The notes under the pieces were generated by a model. It did no database searches, was not told where the DNA came from, and saw nothing but the letters and a program-made list of their open reading frames with translations. Positions 37,303 to 46,222 of a DNA stretch of 54,702 nucleotides are shown piece by piece. Each line of letters starts with the position of its first letter. Position 1 is the stretch's first letter. A program made the position numbers and the translations under genes. The DNA is taken from positions 15,007 through 69,708 of the forward strand of contig CAZOBL010000002.1 in NCBI GenBank assembly GCA_964578185.1. Reading direction: 5' to 3'. Source of the DNA: an uncultured Thermoplasmatales archaeon. GTDB lineage: Archaea > Thermoplasmatota > E2 > DHVEG-1.

Positions 37303-37806
37303 ATGAAAGTATTTTACGGCGGCTCCATCCAAGGGGCTAAAAAACGTGGTGAAAGATCCGAGATACATCAGTCCTTGATAAATTGTATAAAAAAAAATGG
37401 TTTAGAAATATGTACTGAGCATACTACTGGTAAGGACTATAAAGAGGCCATCAGTAAACTCGAAGAATCTATTGGTAAAATGCCTAAAGACGGCCTTCAA
37501 AGAAGAATATATGTCAGAAATAAAATGGTAGAGGCGGTTGAAAGTGATATATCAGCAGCAATTTTTGAGGTTTCAATTCCAAGTCTTGGTACTGGTATAG
37601 AAATCGCTCATGCATATCTACGTCCTCGTATGGGTCTTAAAACGATACCCGTTCTTTGTTTGTATGAAAAAGATTATTGGCCTAATAAACTATCAACTAT
37701 GATTAGAGGTATATCAAAAGAAGAAATACCTCATTTCAATTTAATGGAATATCAAAGTTTAGATGAAGCTGAAAAAATAATATCTGATTTCCTCTCAGAT
37801 TTATAA
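37303..37806 (+). CDS. Nucleoside 2-deoxyribosyltransferase superfamily protein, DNPH1/RCL-like deoxynucleoside 5'-monophosphate N-glycosidase
   Basis: MKVFYGGSIQGAKKRGE...; VSIPSLGTGIEIAHA parallels the DNPH1 FCGSIRGG...PSLGVGYELG layout. Confidence 0.6.
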   Translation: MKVFYGGSIQGAKKRGERSEIHQSLINCIKKNGLEICTEHTTGKDYKEAISKLEESIGKMPKDGLQRRIYVRNKMVEAVESDISAAIFEVSIPSLGTGIEIAHAYLRPRMGLKTIPVLCLYEKDYWPNKLSTMIRGISKEEIPHFNLMEYQSLDEAEKIISDFLSDL

Positions 37807-37810
37807 AAAT

Positions 37811-38090
37811 TTAACAAGTCAGATGAAAAGTAGCTATTACTTTTCCATCTTTTTCTTTTAACTCATTATATTTTTTTTGTGGCTTTTTTTGTTTTATTTT
37901 TTTATTAACTTGATCTCTTTTTTGAATATATTTTTTTTGTTTCACTGGGTATTTTCATTACGCCATAGACTTTGGTTCCAACAATTAATACTTCTGGTTT
38001 ATAATCAATGATATCTTCAATGTCTTCTTAGTGTTGAATGTTGTAATATAATACTTTTTTTACAAATAGATACCTATTAAAGATTGAATC
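37811..38090 (-). pseudogene. Decayed MTH938-like (DUF498) gene: no start codon, an in-frame TAA and at least one frameshift
   Basis: The minus strand reads ...NIQH*EDIEDIIDYKPEVLIVGTKVYGVMKIPSETKK.. in one frame and ..YNELKEKDGKVIATFHLTC* in another. These match the EELLEEKPE.IIIG.G..G and ...V.A..HVTC-stop signatures of MTH938. Frame breaks coincide with A7-A8 homopolymers. Confidence 0.5.
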
Positions 38091-38113
38091 TTATTTTAAT
38101 TACTGATAAATAA

Positions 38114-39337
38114 ATGAGTGAAAATATTATATACTTGCTGAAAGGAGAAAGTTTAATATTTTTAAAGGCAAATAGCGCCGTGTCTAATTCATCTTTTAAA
38201 TATGTATCTCCATTAAATTATGGGGATCAAATTCCCATTTATTTAAGAATACAAGGTGATTTTTTATCATATATAATACTTATTGATAAAAAAAGTAAAA
38301 ATCAATTAATTAAGTTTGTTTTACCTCCTATGGAAAAAAACGAACAAATAAAGATAAGGATTCAGTACTGGGTACTAAATATTAATAAAATGCATAAAAA
38401 TTTACCTTCCAAGAAATCATTTTCCAAAAATAATTTTTTCCCTGAAGAAACTAAAAAATGGCTTGTTTCAACAGAGTCGATACAAAGCAATAATTTTTTA
38501 GTTAAATTTATGTCAAATATATTGAAAGGCATCAATAAAGATATTTTATGGTATGCAAAAAAAGTAGCTTTTTGGAATGCATATCATGGTCTTATTACTA
38601 TTGGCATAAAAATGAGGATGGTTTTTAATCCATTTCTAAATAAATATTTCATGCCGGATAAACATTGGTGGTATATAGAAGATGCTCTTTCCACTCTTCT
38701 GTTTGGCGGTCTTTGTGCCGGAAGAGCAAACCTGATTGCGGCTTTATTGCGAAACAAAGGAATACCAGCTAGAGTTGTTATTTGCACACCAACATATATG
38801 GGAAAAGAATTTTTATTAGATTCACAGCATTATGCTGTTGAATTTTATTGTCCCGATCACGGTTGGGTTAGAACGCAATCTGGTGTTATGCCTCATCCGT
38901 CTAAAAACAATATTGCACTTAGAATTATAACTCCAGATGAAGAGAATATCTCCGGAGGGCCGTTTAGTTTTTATGGCGGTATGCATCCATGGTTTTGGAT
39001 TGACCATGAAGAGATTTTTTTAGGTAAGCCACCTAATGAACTTATGGAATACAAAATACCGGATACAAAGCAGGTTGGTTCTACTTTATCTAGAGGATTT
39101 ATAGAAAAAAAGATGAAAATCCCTAATCATGTGTTGGATGAAATTATAAACATATGTAGCGATAATTGGAAGTTTTTTACAAAAAATGTTGGCCGATGCG
39201 ATAATGATAATAGATTGTTATTTAATGAAGGTTTGGAATGTCAAGAAAAAGCAATAAATTATTTTAATGAGTCTGATTTCCCTAATTTTTTTAAGTCGAT
39301 TAAAAAAGCAAATCAGGAATATTTAAAAATTCACTGA
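38114..39337 (+). CDS. Transglutaminase-like (cysteine protease fold) domain protein
   Basis: Core LLFGGLCAGRANLIAALLRNKGIPARVV, then QHYAVEFYCPDHGWV (Cys and His of the triad). The third triad residue is not obvious by eye. No signal peptide. Confidence 0.65.
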   Translation: MSENIIYLLKGESLIFLKANSAVSNSSFKYVSPLNYGDQIPIYLRIQGDFLSYIILIDKKSKNQLIKFVLPPMEKNEQIKIRIQYWVLNINKMHKNLPSKKSFSKNNFFPEETKKWLVSTESIQSNNFLVKFMSNILKGINKDILWYAKKVAFWNAYHGLITIGIKMRMVFNPFLNKYFMPDKHWWYIEDALSTLLFGGLCAGRANLIAALLRNKGIPARVVICTPTYMGKEFLLDSQHYAVEFYCPDHGWVRTQSGVMPHPSKNNIALRIITPDEENISGGPFSFYGGMHPWFWIDHEEIFLGKPPNELMEYKIPDTKQVGSTLSRGFIEKKMKIPNHVLDEIINICSDNWKFFTKNVGRCDNDNRLLFNEGLECQEKAINYFNESDFPNFFKSIKKANQEYLKIH

Positions 39338-39385
39338 ATTAAGTAATAAATTATTTCAATCAAATTTTTATAGTATTAGTTAAAA

Positions 39386-40720
39386 ATGAAAATTTTACTT
39401 ATCCAGCCTTATCTTTCTAGAAGGCGAATTCAGATACATCCGCCTTTGGGCATAACTCATCTTGCTTCATGTTTAGAACTAGAGGGCCATAATGTTAGAA
39501 TCATTGATTGTTTGGCAATCAATGGTAAAATAGAAGATATTGAAAAAGAATTTAAGAATTTTAAACCAGATATTGTAGGCATTAGTTCTTCAACTGTACA
39601 AATCTATTACGTCTATTCTATCTTTTCATTAGTTAAGCGATTTAACCCAAATTGTTTAACGGTTATCGGAGGGCCTCACCCTTCTATTTTACCTCGTGAG
39701 ACATTAAGTGAGTGTAAGTATATTGATGTTGTTGTTAGAGGAGAAGGTGAACTTACTTTCGTTGACCTCATTAATACATTTGAAAAAAAAGGCCCAGATG
39801 GTTTTTGTGATGTTAGAGGCATAAGCTTTAGAAATGAAGAAAAGATAATCGAGAATAGAGAACGAGGGCTTATTGAAGATTTAGATAGTCTACCACTTCC
39901 TGCTTATCACTTATTACCGATGAAAAAATATATTGGAAAATATGTCACTTCTCCAACTAATAACTCCAAAGTTTCATATAATTATTGTAATATTTCCACC
40001 TCGAGAGGGTGCCCTTATAATTGTATTTTTTGCGCATCAAATGCCTTGTGGGGAAAAAAATTAAGAAAAAAGAGCGCTGAGCGCATTATTGAAGAGATAA
40101 ACCTTTTAAAAGAGTACAATGTAAAAATAATAAATTTTACAGATGATACGTTTCCTATTGATAAAAAAAGAACTAAAAAAATTTGTGAATTAATCCAAAA
40201 GGAAGATATTGATATTTTTTGGAACTGCATAACTAGAGTAGAATTGTTTAACAAGGAAATGGCTTCTTTATTCAATAAATCCAGATGTTGCGGGGTTGAA
40301 TTTGGAATCGAATCTGGTGTACAACAAACATTGGATTTTTTAAATAAAGGTTTTACTGTAAAAGACTCGATTACTGCTGTTAAAAACGCTAAAAAATATG
40401 ATTTAAGAACAGATAGTAATTTTATAATAGGAGTTCCTGGCGAAACAAAAGAGATGATCAATAAAACAATAAATTTTTCAAATTATCTAAACCTTGATTA
40501 TACAGATTTTACACTCTTAACTCCACTTCCTGGCACAAAGCTGTATAATATTGCAAAAGAACAAAACCTTTTTATTACAGAGGATTGGAGCAAGTATACT
40601 TTTTTTACACCGGTTATGAAAGTACCTGGTCTCTCTTCTTTTGATTTAAAATATTTCTTATTTAAAGCATATTTCAATAACCAATTCAATCAATTAAAAA
40701 ATAAATTAAAAGTTAACTGA
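39386..40720 (+). CDS. B12-binding-domain radical SAM protein (class B-like)
   Basis: MKILLIQPY...VGISSST...TVIGGPHPS, then STSRGCPYNCIFCAS. Confidence 0.82.
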   Translation: MKILLIQPYLSRRRIQIHPPLGITHLASCLELEGHNVRIIDCLAINGKIEDIEKEFKNFKPDIVGISSSTVQIYYVYSIFSLVKRFNPNCLTVIGGPHPSILPRETLSECKYIDVVVRGEGELTFVDLINTFEKKGPDGFCDVRGISFRNEEKIIENRERGLIEDLDSLPLPAYHLLPMKKYIGKYVTSPTNNSKVSYNYCNISTSRGCPYNCIFCASNALWGKKLRKKSAERIIEEINLLKEYNVKIINFTDDTFPIDKKRTKKICELIQKEDIDIFWNCITRVELFNKEMASLFNKSRCCGVEFGIESGVQQTLDFLNKGFTVKDSITAVKNAKKYDLRTDSNFIIGVPGETKEMINKTINFSNYLNLDYTDFTLLTPLPGTKLYNIAKEQNLFITEDWSKYTFFTPVMKVPGLSSFDLKYFLFKAYFNNQFNQLKNKLKVN

Positions 40721-40741
40721 CTATAAGTGATATTTTTAAAA

Positions 40742-42160
40742 TCACCTTTTCAATATCTTCTCCTTTATTGGTATTTTTTGGATTAAGTACTGATGTTTCC
40801 CTCTTTCAGTCCTTGGAATTTTTTCTACAAACTCAATACTTAATTTTGTATCCTTGCCGATTTTTTCTTCTATTCTTCTTTTTATTTTGTCACTATCATT
40901 TTGGCTGTATGAATCTCCTTTAACTATTTTTAAAAATAAATTATTTTTATCCTCTTGATGAAATTGAAATTGTTTTACATTTTCTAAAATATTGGCATGA
41001 ATATTAATTGCAGCAATAGGAATTATCCTATCGTCACTTGTAACAATGAAATCTTGTGATCTTCCCTGTATGTTTTTTAAAATAAAGTAATTCCTACCGC
41101 ATTGGCACTTTTCAGAATTATAAATTCCAACATCTCCCGTTTTGTATCTTATTAAAGGAAAAAGAAAATTCCTAAAGCCTGTTCCAACTATTTCTCCCAT
41201 TCCTCCGTCTTTTCCAACTGCTTTTCCGTAACCATCAACTAATTCGGTAATTCCATTTTGCGGAAAAAAATGATAATAATTATTATAACCACAACTTGAT
41301 GCAAAAGCAACTTGTTCAGTATGGCCATATATGTAAATCACTCTGCAATTAAAAACATCTTCAAGTAATTCATGTTGCCAATCATACAAATTTTCACCAG
41401 TACATAATATTGATTTAAGTGATTTAAAACCTTTAAGATTTTTATTTTTTATCTGTTGTGCAATCATTATTATAGAAGATGGATATGAAAGAATATATGA
41501 GGGTTTAAATTTTCTAATTATTTTGATATATTTTGGTAAATTTTTTTCACTTAAATTAAAAGATGATAAAGTTAAATTCCTTCCAAATAAAGATTTTTCC
41601 CAAATTTTTCCCCTATCTGATTGGGAAATTAAACCTTCTTTAATAATGATTGATTTGCTTGTTAAATTACAATTAACTTGATTCAATATTATTTTGAAAA
41701 AAGCAAGTTCTTTAATAAATGATATGGCTTTTTCTTCATAAATCCCAAGAGGTATACCTGTTGATCCTCCTGTTGTCATATAACTAAATTTATGTTCGGG
41801 ATAATTTTTTGCTTTTAATTCTTTAATATTTCTTCTTATGATTTCTTTATTGAGAAACGGTATTTTTTGCAAATCTTTCAAACTATGGATGTCTTCTGGT
41901 TTCAAATCTTTAGAATTAAATAATTTTCTGTAATACGGAACATTCTCATATGCATGATTCAACAATTCATTTAATTTTTTAAATTGGTATTCTTCTATTT
42001 GCTTTTCACTCCAGTATTGTGATTTTTTTATGAATTTATAAAATTCATTGAATGTTGAATAATTAAAAAGTATCATAAGAGCTGCAGGTGTTGCCGATGT
42101 AGCATAACTTGCTTTATTTTGTAAGTAACTGTGCAGGTGTTTTTTTAATTTATATCTCAT
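40742..42160 (-). CDS. Adenylate-forming ligase of the PaaK / coenzyme F390 synthetase / CapK family
   Basis: P-loop-like YMTTGGSTGIPLGIY, YGHTEQ, YKTGDVG, C-terminal RTERGKHQYL. Confidence 0.75.
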   Translation of the reverse strand: MRYKLKKHLHSYLQNKASYATSATPAALMILFNYSTFNEFYKFIKKSQYWSEKQIEEYQFKKLNELLNHAYENVPYYRKLFNSKDLKPEDIHSLKDLQKIPFLNKEIIRRNIKELKAKNYPEHKFSYMTTGGSTGIPLGIYEEKAISFIKELAFFKIILNQVNCNLTSKSIIIKEGLISQSDRGKIWEKSLFGRNLTLSSFNLSEKNLPKYIKIIRKFKPSYILSYPSSIIMIAQQIKNKNLKGFKSLKSILCTGENLYDWQHELLEDVFNCRVIYIYGHTEQVAFASSCGYNNYYHFFPQNGITELVDGYGKAVGKDGGMGEIVGTGFRNFLFPLIRYKTGDVGIYNSEKCQCGRNYFILKNIQGRSQDFIVTSDDRIIPIAAINIHANILENVKQFQFHQEDKNNLFLKIVKGDSYSQNDSDKIKRRIEEKIGKDTKLSIEFVEKIPRTERGKHQYLIQKIPIKEKILKR

Positions 42161-42362
42161 AAATATTTTTTTACCTCATTTTGAAATTATATAACCTTGT
42201 ATATATTTGAAAACAATACTATAATGTTGAGTCATTTCTTAATTTATTTGTTAAGACAACTAATTATTAATTTGAAAAGTTGCACTACTTAAAAATTTCT
42301 GCTAATATAACAAAACATTTATATATTAGCAAAACTTAATTATAAGATGGTGATAATTAAAC

Positions 42363-42428
42363 ATGGCAGTAGGCAGATCGTTACCCAGCGCGGCTCTTAT
42401 CTCTATTAACAAAGAGGAAGAAGAATAA
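42363..42428 (+). CDS. Candidate 21-aa small ORF (MAVGRSLPSAALISINKEEEE) in a GC-rich island between the ligase and YcaO genes; possible modified-peptide precursor or small RNA
   Basis: GGTGAT (42349-42354) lies 8 nt upstream of the ATG. TATA-like TTTATATAT is at 42318-42326. An oligo-T tract follows at about 42444-42449. 42363-42404 is about 55% GC in otherwise very AT-rich spacer. Confidence 0.35.
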   Translation: MAVGRSLPSAALISINKEEEE

Positions 42429-42487
42429 ACAAAAATATTCAATTTTTTATTATATTTTCATTTAATATAAAATATTAAGTATTGTTT

Positions 42488-44248
42488 TTAAGAGTTAAAA
42501 AAACTGTCACTTATTTTTTTAATCAAATCTGTATAATATTTATCAGTTTCAAAATTTGGTTCTTCTGGGTTAAATGGATTTTTTGAAATATCAAAATTAA
42601 AAAGATTTTTTTCGTTACAGTTATCTAATATCATAGTTTCTTTAGAGATACACTTTCTTTCTTTTAGTAGTTTTATTACTTTTAGATATTTCTTTGCCTT
42701 TTCATTTTTGTTAATTGAGTTATATAAAATAGCAAGAATTTCATAAAGATTAATAGTTTGTCTAAAGAAATTTTCTCTTATTAGTGTAAAGATATAAGAA
42801 GAGGGTTCTTTTGACAAAAAATCTTCGATATTATTTATCAATATTTTTATCTTTTTTTCATTTTTTATCCATTTGTCATTTGTAGCATAAAGATAAAAAT
42901 CCTTAATTCCATAAAAATAATCTACTCTTTCACTGATCTTTGACTCTTTTGTAAAACCTTTTATAAATGGGTCAAAATCATTAGATATGGGTGGAATAAT
43001 GACTCTAACAACTGGAAAACCTATAATGTTATGAGTATAATCAACTGTAAGCATATCCCAATTATTTCTTTTACATACAGAAATTAGTTCATTACAATCA
43101 TCTAATGAGTCATTGTTATAAATGCTCTTAAGATTATTATAGGAAATTATTTCTCCATTATCTAAAAAATCAAGATCACTATAATATTCATAATTTCTAA
43201 TAAGATAACGGAATGGGTCCATATTCCCAGAATATTTGTTCCCAATTATCTCAGTCCAACATTTGTATATCAAATCAGTTTCCTTGCGCATCATAAGTTC
43301 TTTCTCATCACCTGTATCTAAAGTCTGCATGTACTCTGTAAAACATCTGAGTATTGCTTCCTCCAGATTAACATGAGATGCACATTCAATTCTCTTGTAA
43401 TATTGCCTTTTCTTAAGTGGATTATCTTTATCTTTAATGTTGTTATTAATAAAAACTAACCCAATTGTTGGTATATTATTTCCCATTGTAAAATCCTTAA
43501 TTACGGTTTCTATATTGAGTGATTTAAACATTTCAATATAATCAAGAATTTTCTCATTTGAAATTGTCTTTTGATCAATCGTAGAGCATTTCATTCTTTT
43601 AAGAAGAACCTTTACAACAGCGTATCTTTCAAATATCTCACATGTTGCTTGAGCAATAGCTTCTTCAATTGTATTTCCTGCTGCAAGACCATTAGACCCA
43701 CTTATTGTTTCAATAACTCTAAGAGGAATACTTTTGAATTTTTTATCAGTCAATGAAAAAGAGTCTAAGCTTTTATTTAAAAGATTAGACTTTTGATACA
43801 TCTTGTGTTTTTCTCTTGAAAGATTTCCGCCAAAATATATAGAGTTTAAATCTTCAAAATTTATCACATCATCTTCAGTTTTTTTAAAATTTTTTAGAAA
43901 TTTCCTATCAAAGAGATCATCTAATAGCTTTCTATATCTATAGGAGTCCTTAGGAATAGGAATATTTTGAAAGAAAAACATAGTCGCAGAAAATCTTTCA
44001 ACCATCTCTGCAAATGCTGATGCTTTTGATAACAATGAAGTTGTACCTTTTCCATAAGTTGAAAAATTCAATTCTTTTATTTTGCTTTCACCAGTATATA
44101 ATTCAGATTTACCTTTACCAATCTTGTTTTCTTTATATAATAAATTTAGATCAATTCTCTTGAAACCATCCGATATTCTTTTAATAGTATTCTCTGGCTT
44201 GTCACATTTGTAAGTTTCAAATGTTTTCGGCGATTTTTTTAAAATCAT
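42488..44248 (-). CDS. YcaO domain protein (ATP-dependent peptide backbone-modifying enzyme family) with helical C-terminal extension
   Basis: YGKGTTSLLSKASAFAEMVERFS and SGSNGLAAGNTIEEAIAQATCEIFERYAV are canonical YcaO ATP/Mg motifs. 586 aa. No adjacent TfuA or E1-like partner. Confidence 0.85.
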   Translation of the reverse strand: MILKKSPKTFETYKCDKPENTIKRISDGFKRIDLNLLYKENKIGKGKSELYTGESKIKELNFSTYGKGTTSLLSKASAFAEMVERFSATMFFFQNIPIPKDSYRYRKLLDDLFDRKFLKNFKKTEDDVINFEDLNSIYFGGNLSREKHKMYQKSNLLNKSLDSFSLTDKKFKSIPLRVIETISGSNGLAAGNTIEEAIAQATCEIFERYAVVKVLLKRMKCSTIDQKTISNEKILDYIEMFKSLNIETVIKDFTMGNNIPTIGLVFINNNIKDKDNPLKKRQYYKRIECASHVNLEEAILRCFTEYMQTLDTGDEKELMMRKETDLIYKCWTEIIGNKYSGNMDPFRYLIRNYEYYSDLDFLDNGEIISYNNLKSIYNNDSLDDCNELISVCKRNNWDMLTVDYTHNIIGFPVVRVIIPPISNDFDPFIKGFTKESKISERVDYFYGIKDFYLYATNDKWIKNEKKIKILINNIEDFLSKEPSSYIFTLIRENFFRQTINLYEILAILYNSINKNEKAKKYLKVIKLLKERKCISKETMILDNCNEKNLFNFDISKNPFNPEEPNFETDKYYTDLIKKISDSFFNS

Positions 44249-44408
44249 TTTATCACTGAATATAGATGGTTACTTTTATAGTTAGGTCATTGGTTAAAAC
44301 TTTATACCTCCTTTTTATTCAACCCCTGTATTTTTATATGAAGTTTTGAGTTGAGATCTATATAAACTTCCTAAACGAATATTCCCTTTTCAAAAATCTT
44401 TGAAAAGT

Positions 44409-44459
44409 TATCAGTCGCATGCTACATTGGAATTTATCAGCCGGCAATGCGATAGTGCC
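44409..44459 (+). promoter_or_regulatory. Copy 1 of a conserved 51-nt GC-rich upstream element (candidate operator/UAS)
   Basis: TATCAGTCGCATGCTACATTGGAATTTATCAGCCGGCAATGCGATAGTGCC. It matches 46223-46273 at about 45 of 51 positions. It sits about 75 nt upstream of ATG 44535 and upstream of a TATA-like TTTTTATAAAT. Confidence 0.6.
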
Positions 44460-44534
44460 TTAATTGTAAAGAAAAACTTAAGTATTATTAAAATAAATAT
44501 TTTTTTATAAATAAAAATAAATAAGGTTATTAAA

Positions 44535-46145
44535 ATGAAAATATTTGCTATATTGATCATATTTTTTTTATTCTTTAGTAGTGTTATGGTTTCAGCATAC
44601 GTAGAAAACAACGAATATAAACTAGAAAAATTAGAGGATAACAATTTCAAAGAAATTAGAATAGCTATGTTAGGTGAAGAAATTCTTGAGATGTCAGCGA
44701 AATTTTTATTCGTGCGGGTTCTAGATGGATATACCTGGAAAGTAGGAAATAACAATTATACTTTTAAAGTAACAGAAATCTATGATGAAGACATAATGAA
44801 TGGTGAGTTAAATACTGATAATTATGATGTTTTGTTAGTTCCTGGTAGTGTAGGCGCAGATGAATCACAAGTTAAAGGGTTATTTTCTTTTTTGCCAAGG
44901 GTGAAAAGATGGAAAAATTATATAGTGGATTTTATTAAAGATGGAGGAGGGTACACAGGTTCATGTGGTGCAACAAATTTAATAACCGAGTACGGTAAAA
45001 AACCAGAATCGCCAATCGAAAGAAACATTGATAGAAGTAGCTTAGATGTTTCTGCTGTTAAAACTTGGTATGATAGTGCAAGTATGCCTCTAATGGGAGA
45101 ATTTTTAGGTTTCTCTCCTTCTAGAGTTGGAGCTTATAACTACTTTTATTGCATGTATCAACCCGACGTAGAAGTTGAAGATGTCGAAGATTTTGATATT
45201 TGCTTATTACATGTTGGTTGTCCGATGGATATTAGTTTGAATACTTCCCATCCTTTATTTGATGATTATCAAAAAGATACATGCCGTGTTTTATGGGCTG
45301 CTGGACCTGCTTTTGTTACACCAAAAAAATCAGATAGAACATTAAGTATTATGGCAAGATATCCAGTTGAGGAATTATCTGAAAATGTTTCAACACAAAT
45401 ACATGCTTGGGATTATACCGGTGGAATTAGAGGTCTTATGAAAGGCCTATTTAAATCGATAAAAAATGGTGAAGGTTTAATGGGGGCATATTATAATGCT
45501 GGAGATTGGAAACTAACAAATGAAGTAATAAACATAAATTTCTCCAATAAACCCTGTATGACAGCTGAGATCTATCCAAATGAGAATAAAGGAAGAATTT
45601 TTCTTAATGCTTTGCATCCTGAATATCCTGTTTGGTGGGGTGGCCGTATTAAAGAAATGGAAGATACAAATGATAATTGCTTATCCAAGGGTCTTTATAA
45701 ATGGGTAGATATGACCCCAATAGAAGAAACTGTTGAAGATGAAGAAACCTATAATTGGTGGATGGTAAGAAGAGAAGTTGCGTGGGTTGCAAAGATACCA
45801 GATGATGATCTGCCCCCTGTTTATGGTCCAAGTCAGGTCTGTGATTTTGAGACTAATCCTGATTCTGAAGTCTTTACAATAATGGGTAATTCTGAAACAT
45901 CTGAAGGAACTATATCTTTAGATTTATATTACAGATATTCAGAAAATAATTCTTATTGGTCTGAATGGACTTTGTTTGATACTGATTTCGATGATTCTGA
46001 TGGTTGGAATTGGGAATTTACTTCACCAAATGGTTCTGGTTATTATCAATTTTATAGTATTAGAAATGTAGAACATCAAGATACTATTGAAACTGAGAAA
46101 GTTCCACCAGGAGCAGATACTCAGGTTTGTGTTGATTTAACTTAA
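44535..46145 (+). CDS. Secreted protein with class I glutamine-amidotransferase-like (BPL_N-type) N-terminal domain
   Basis: Signal peptide MKIFAILIIFFLFFSSVMVSA. YDVLLVPGS...FIKDGGGYTGSCGA resembles the GATase1-like nucleophile-elbow region. Weak call. Confidence 0.35.
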   Translation: MKIFAILIIFFLFFSSVMVSAYVENNEYKLEKLEDNNFKEIRIAMLGEEILEMSAKFLFVRVLDGYTWKVGNNNYTFKVTEIYDEDIMNGELNTDNYDVLLVPGSVGADESQVKGLFSFLPRVKRWKNYIVDFIKDGGGYTGSCGATNLITEYGKKPESPIERNIDRSSLDVSAVKTWYDSASMPLMGEFLGFSPSRVGAYNYFYCMYQPDVEVEDVEDFDICLLHVGCPMDISLNTSHPLFDDYQKDTCRVLWAAGPAFVTPKKSDRTLSIMARYPVEELSENVSTQIHAWDYTGGIRGLMKGLFKSIKNGEGLMGAYYNAGDWKLTNEVININFSNKPCMTAEIYPNENKGRIFLNALHPEYPVWWGGRIKEMEDTNDNCLSKGLYKWVDMTPIEETVEDEETYNWWMVRREVAWVAKIPDDDLPPVYGPSQVCDFETNPDSEVFTIMGNSETSEGTISLDLYYRYSENNSYWSEWTLFDTDFDDSDGWNWEFTSPNGSGYYQFYSIRNVEHQDTIETEKVPPGADTQVCVDLT

Positions 46146-46222
46146 CTATGCACATAAAATAAGTAGTTTTTTCCATCAAAATGTAAAGCTCAAAAAATAT
46201 TTTTTAACCTATCATTAAAGAG

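Noticed and set aside
42340-42430. GC-rich island as a tRNA, C/D-box sRNA or other known structured RNA
   Set aside because: No cloverleaf can be drawn. No CUGA D-box occurs on either strand; there is only a one-mismatch C-box-like AUGGUGA. No convincing stem was found by eye. It is kept as a small-ORF/sRNA candidate instead.
42488-44248. YcaO as the methanogen McrA thioglycine-forming enzyme (methanogenesis marker 1)
   Set aside because: No tfuA or mcr genes are in the window. The protein is much longer, with a distinct C-terminal extension and different neighbours. This cannot be settled without phylogeny.
44290-44320. Orphan AAGGAGGT Shine-Dalgarno-like motif on the minus strand about 50 nt upstream of the YcaO start
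   Set aside because: No ATG/GTG/TTG follows at a sensible spacing. The only downstream frame is a 15-codon GTT-initiated ORF with no support.
44411-44755. 114-aa minus-strand ORF spanning the 44535 promoter and signal-peptide region
   Set aside because: It is an AT-rich low-complexity translation. It overlaps the conserved 51-nt element and the well-supported plus-strand gene, and has no SD or family signal.
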